Origin: an uncultured delta proteobacterium
GTDB taxonomy: Bacteria > Desulfobacterota > Desulfobacteria > Desulfobacterales > JAHEIW01
Reading direction: 5' to 3'
Assembly: GCA_963706575.1 (NCBI GenBank)
Contig: CAVPNL010000005.1
Location: 288,001 to 352,000, forward strand
DNA length: 64,000 nt
Positions 60,218 through 64,000 of the stretch are shown in pieces (position 1 is the stretch's first letter; each line of letters starts with the position of its first letter). The position numbers and the translations under genes were made by a program. The notes under the pieces were generated by a model. The model saw nothing but the letters and a program-made list of their open reading frames with translations. It did not search any database and was not told the origin of the DNA.

Positions 60218-60583
60218 TTAAGATTCTTCAGCAGATTTATTTTCCAGGGCATCGATGCGCGCGTTGATTGCATCGAATGACTTTTTTAAGTAATCCGCCT
60301 CGGCTTTCAACATGTCCATTTCATCGGCTGCGTTCGCCGGATACACCGGACCCGCCACGGGTGGGTACCATTCCCATCCGTAACCCCTGCCATAACCGCG
60401 CCGCAGGCCGGCACCGGTATTAAATCCGCCTCTGAAACCGCGTCTCAACCCCAAACCGCGGCCATACCCGTAGCCTCTGGCGTAAGTGGGAATGGTTTCA
60501 GCTCTTGCCGGGTTGCAGCGCCCTTTGGTTCCGCCGGTCATGGGGCCAGCACCCATAGGACCTGTTCGATCAAAACCTGGCAT
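60218..60583 (-). CDS. DUF5320-family Gly/Arg-rich protein with C-terminal coiled coil
   Basis: MPGFDRTGPMGAGPMTG..GRC, GRG repeats, E..MLKAEA.YLK...I.ARI..LE; AAAGGAGG RBS. Confidence 0.8.
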   Translation of the reverse strand: MPGFDRTGPMGAGPMTGGTKGRCNPARAETIPTYARGYGYGRGLGLRRGFRGGFNTGAGLRRGYGRGYGWEWYPPVAGPVYPANAADEMDMLKAEADYLKKSFDAINARIDALENKSAEES

Positions 60584-60739
60584 AGGATCACCTCCTTTCG
60601 CTATCATTATAGCGGTTTTCAAAAAAACGTTCCACTATTCAAACGTTTGTTTCTACAACCACTTATGCCGCATTTCCGCAATTCGGAACATTATTATGAA
60701 AAGCGGTATAATTCGTAAAAGGTTTGATTTATAGATTAT

Positions 60740-60940
60740 TTAAGACCGCTTGCCGCGGCCCTGTCCAGCACTGCTGCCTTCGCCCTGACTTCGGCCGGCA
60801 CCTCTGCCTGATCTCCGGCCGCGGCCTCTGCCGCCCTGTTCCTGCGGTTTGGAAGTTCCGCCATTTCGGCCACATTTCCCCTGGCCTTTTCCCGTTTTAG
60901 GACCCTGGCCCTGCGGACCGGTTCGATCTCCTTGTGGCAT
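60740..60940 (-). CDS. Short DUF5320-like Gly/Arg-rich protein
   Basis: MPQGDRTGPQGQGPKTGKGQGKC; AGAGGAGG RBS. Confidence 0.7.
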   Translation of the reverse strand: MPQGDRTGPQGQGPKTGKGQGKCGRNGGTSKPQEQGGRGRGRRSGRGAGRSQGEGSSAGQGRGKRS

Positions 60941-61047
60941 AATTCTAACCTCCTCTTTGAGTAAAGTCATGGATTAATTGTTATTCATTATTTGGTTTAG
61001 CCGATGCTGCATAAGACACAACGGGCTGCAAATTCTTGCCGGCCAGC

Positions 61048-61383
61048 TTATGCGCCGCGCCGCCGCCGTCCTCTTCCGCGGCGCCTGCGGCTTCTAACGC
61101 GGAATTCATATGTTCCGCCCTCGATTTTCAGGGCTTTGCCGGTAACCAGGGCGTCAGCCACGATACTGCGGGCACTGGCGAGAATTCGGCCGTATGTGTG
61201 GCGCGACACCTCCATCATATTGGCGGCTGTTTCCTGATCCAGGTGCTCAAAATCACTCAGCCGGATGGCTTCCAGTTCCTCCACGGACATAAACACCTCT
61301 CCGCTGATGTTCAAGCCATGGGGGACAAAAGCAGCGATGGCGGGATATCCGGATACGAATCTGAGCTTTTTGGGTCGGGGCAT
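61048..61383 (-). CDS. DUF134 (UPF0251) HTH DNA-binding protein
   Basis: MPRPKK.R, EELEAIRL.D...LDQE.AA.MM.VSR.T..RIL..AR..VADALV.GKAL.IEGG. Confidence 0.9.
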   Translation of the reverse strand: MPRPKKLRFVSGYPAIAAFVPHGLNISGEVFMSVEELEAIRLSDFEHLDQETAANMMEVSRHTYGRILASARSIVADALVTGKALKIEGGTYEFRVRSRRRRGRGRRRRGA

Positions 61384-61683
61384 TGGGGCTAATCTCCTAT
61401 TACGCTCATTTGAGCATAATATAATACCTTAAAAAATTAAAGTCAAGAGAGAATATGCTCATAAGAGCAAAATATTTTATCCAGGACCGCTGTGTATTGA
61501 TTGACCTGCTGTACGGGGCGAGGCCTTTGATTTCTAACTTGAATTGATAAACGAGTCAGGCTGTGAAAATGCCGGCATTGCCCCTTTACCGCATATTCAA
61601 AAAATCGATCAATCAAGCCGGAATTATTGAAAATTTCGATTTGACCTATCACCGAATATCGATTATTAAGTCCTAGTGAGGAT

Positions 61684-61699
61684 ATGAGAATATGCTCAT
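61684..61699. promoter_or_regulatory. Palindromic operator candidate upstream of selD
   Basis: ATGAGAATATGCTCAT, 75 nt before the selD start. Confidence 0.55.
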
Positions 61700-61774
61700 T
61701 TTAAATTTTTACGGTGATGTGGAGCACCGGCCTTGGAAGAGGCTATCGAATACGTATTGATAAAGGAGAAAATA

Positions 61775-62824
61775 ATGATCGATTTGAAAAAGCCGCGCTT
61801 GACCGAAACCGTGGCCGGTTCCGGGTGAGCTTCCAAGCTGCCGCCAGGGGACCTGGAGCAAGCATTGTGCGGGTTGGAGATTCCAACCAACGAGCGTGTG
61901 ATTGTCGGCATGGACAGTCTGGACGATGCCGGCGTATATAAAATTTCCGATGATCTGGCCATTATCCAGACCGTGGATTTTTTTACACCGATTGTAGACG
62001 ACCCGTACTGGTTCGGCCAAATCGCTGCCGCCAATGCGCTGAGCGATATCTACGCCATGGGCGGGACTCCCAAAACAGCCATGAATCTGGTGGGCTTTCC
62101 GCTGAAGCAAATGGATATCTCAATTTTGCGGCAGATCCTTCAGGGCGGTCTGGATAAAATGAAGGAGGCCGGTGTCATGCTGGTGGGGGGGCACAGCGTG
62201 GAAGACAGCGAGCTGAAATACGGCCTTTCAGTGACCGGATTCGTCCATCCGGACCGCATTCTGACAAAGAAGAATTTAAACGCCGGTGATCGTCTTGTGC
62301 TAACCAAGCCACTCGGCACCGGTGTTATCAATACGGCCATTAAAGGCGGCGTGGCTTCAGTCAAAGTAATTGATAAGATAACTCGATTGATGGCAACGCT
62401 TAACCGGAATGCGGCTGAGATAATGAAACAATATTCGGTGCACGCCTGCACGGATATTACCGGTTTCGGCTTGCTGGGGCATCTGGCAGAGATGGTGGAC
62501 GGTACCGGGCTGGGTGCCGTCCTGGATTCTAAAAGAATTCCCATCTTGTCTGAGGCTGTGGATTACGCGGCCATGGGGATGCTGCCGGCGGGTGCAAATA
62601 AAAACAAGATCTTTCGGGAGTCGATGGTTGAATTTTATTCTTCCGTGAACCCGCTGATACGGGATCTTTTATTTGATCCCCAGACATCCGGTGGTTTGCT
62701 GATCTGCATCGATAGGGATGACTCCGATGAACTGGTTGAGGAGCTTATTCAAAAAGGCAGTGACTCATCGGCCGTTATTGGAGAGGTGGTTTCAGCACCG
62801 CAAGAGAAAATTGTGGTCAATTAG
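61775..62824 (+). CDS. selD: Selenide, water dikinase; Sec-containing form (U18, UGA 61826-61828), 349 aa
   Basis: AAGGAG RBS, MIDLKKPRLTETVAGSG-U-ASKL in frame with ORF 61865..62824 (DDAGVY, QTVDFFTP, GGHS, TDITGFGLLGH, DPQTSGGLL). Confidence 0.95.
61844..61856 (+). promoter_or_regulatory. Bacterial SECIS hairpin of selD
   Basis: CCAGG-GGA-CCTGG, starting 15 nt after the UGA. Confidence 0.75.
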
Positions 62825-62899
62825 TAAGCGGAGTAAAATATTCCATTCATCTCGATACACCTCCCCGCTGACGATACAGCAATAGAAAAGGAGATTGAA

Positions 62900-63496
62900 G
62901 TGAAGGAGATCGATGCCAGAGGATTATCCTGCCCTGCGCCGGTGGTGCAAACCAGAATTGCCATTGAAGAAGGATACTTGAAAGCCATCAGGGTGGTCGT
63001 GGACAACGAAGCTGCCCAGCAAAATGTCAAACGTTTCCTTGAATCTCAGGGTTTTGACGTCGCTCTGGAAAAAGTTGATGATCATTATTCCGTGACGGGC
63101 CAATGCGATAAAGTAACTGCCAAACAACCATCGGAAGCCTCTGAAGCGGAAGCCCGGCAGACGAAAATCATGATCATGATCGCTACGGATCGGATCGGAT
63201 ATGGGGATGACGAACTGGGATTGAAGCTGATGGTCAGCTTCATCCGCACTTTAAAAGAGATGGGTCCGGATCTGTGGCGGCTGGTTTTTGTCAACAACGG
63301 TGTAAATCTGGCCATTCAGAGCTCAGAAGTCCTTGTCGATCTCAAAGAACTGGAAGACAGTGGGCTTCAGATTCTGGTTTGCGGAACCTGCCTCACCCAT
63401 TTCCATCTTCTCGAGCAAAAGCGGGTCGGTGAAACTACGAATATGTTGGATATTGTTACCGCCATGCAGCTTGCCGATAAAGTAATTAATATTTAA
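62900..63496 (+). CDS. yedF: Sulfurtransferase-like selenium metabolism protein (TusA/SirA plus DsrE domains)
   Basis: IDARGLSCPAPVV; IGYGDDELG..L, VCGTCL, VGETTNM; directly downstream of selD. Confidence 0.85.
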   Translation: MKEIDARGLSCPAPVVQTRIAIEEGYLKAIRVVVDNEAAQQNVKRFLESQGFDVALEKVDDHYSVTGQCDKVTAKQPSEASEAEARQTKIMIMIATDRIGYGDDELGLKLMVSFIRTLKEMGPDLWRLVFVNNGVNLAIQSSEVLVDLKELEDSGLQILVCGTCLTHFHLLEQKRVGETTNMLDIVTAMQLADKVINI

Positions 63497-63607
63497 CTAT
63501 TTCAGATGGCGTGCTTTCCACAGCTAATTTAAGAATTTTGTTAACCGACCTAATTTGTGAAAGCGACTCAAATTCCATTCCGGCCAGACACATATCCGCA
63601 ATATCCC

Positions 63608-64000
63608 CTAATTTTTTTCTTCTTTGTCTATTTCTTTCAGCCGGCGCAATATTTCTCTGGGGGAACCGGACAAAGAAATCTTCAGCAATTCATCCATCTT
63701 TTTTTCCTCTATTTTTTTCTTATTCATGACTTTCTTTTTGTACGCATTTTTAAGCGCTTCTAGAAGCTGGTCGAGGTCGCAGGGTTTTTGCAAATAGGAA
63801 TAGGCACCGCTTCGGGTGCACTCCACCGCCGAATCGATTGTTCCGTGACCGGTAAGAATAACAACTTCCATCCATTTATGTTCGCTTTTTAGCGTCTTCA
63901 GCGTTTCTTCGCCGTTTATTCCCGGCATTTTCAAATCCACAAGAGCGACGTCAATGGAAGCCGTTCGCGCTGCTTCTATTGCTTTTTCCCCCCGGTTTAC
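63608..64000 (-). CDS. Response regulator, 5'-truncated by the window edge
   Basis: VALVDLKMPGING, ILTGHG, QKPC; short helical C-terminal tail. Confidence 0.8.
   Translation of the reverse strand, partial: VNRGEKAIEAARTASIDVALVDLKMPGINGEETLKTLKSEHKWMEVVILTGHGTIDSAVECTRSGAYSYLQKPCDLDQLLEALKNAYKKKVMNKKKIEEKKMDELLKISLSGSPREILRRLKEIDKEEKN

Noticed and set aside
340..63763. Numerous short antisense or overlapping ORFs in the six-frame track
   Set aside because: They are shadows of well-supported genes, with no RBS or recognisable domains.
1..64000. tRNA (including tRNA-Sec), rRNA, integrase/transposase, prophage or defence genes
   Set aside because: None was recognised by eye in this window.

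Overview
Chromosomal window of a selenium-using anaerobe, most likely a Desulfobacterales-type sulfate reducer (inferred from tmc, hdr/mvh and orp-like genes). Order: partial priA; an OmpA-DUF1573 protein read through an in-frame UGA; housekeeping and signalling genes (HAD, diadenylate cyclase, PAS kinase, phosphoesterase, ParB-Lrp); a sigma54-driven periplasmic sulfur/selenium module (cytochrome-like protein, three-domain rhodanese lipoprotein with two Sec UGA codons, OTR-family octaheme cytochrome); a first signalling cassette driving the tmcDCBA electron-transfer operon; a mixed metabolic stretch (AbfD-like, dodecin, MetE-like, kynU, DUF1989, MFS); a paralogous second signalling cassette around a QmoC/HdrD-HdrL-MvhD-FdhB-HdrA cluster; orp-like small genes; and Sec-containing selD plus yedF. 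Main findings: (1) an HdrA-family flavoprotein with an intact response-regulator receiver domain inserted, set among 7 histidine kinases and 10 receiver domains, none with a visible DNA-binding output, suggesting phospho-controlled electron bifurcation; (2) four Sec codons in three genes that the ORF track splits, three of them with a shared GGA-loop SECIS; (3) MITE-like and short-tandem inverted repeats, and a candidate DUF134 operator upstream of selD. About 15 frameshifts are +1 insertions and are probably sequencing errors. All family assignments are by eye; no searches were run.
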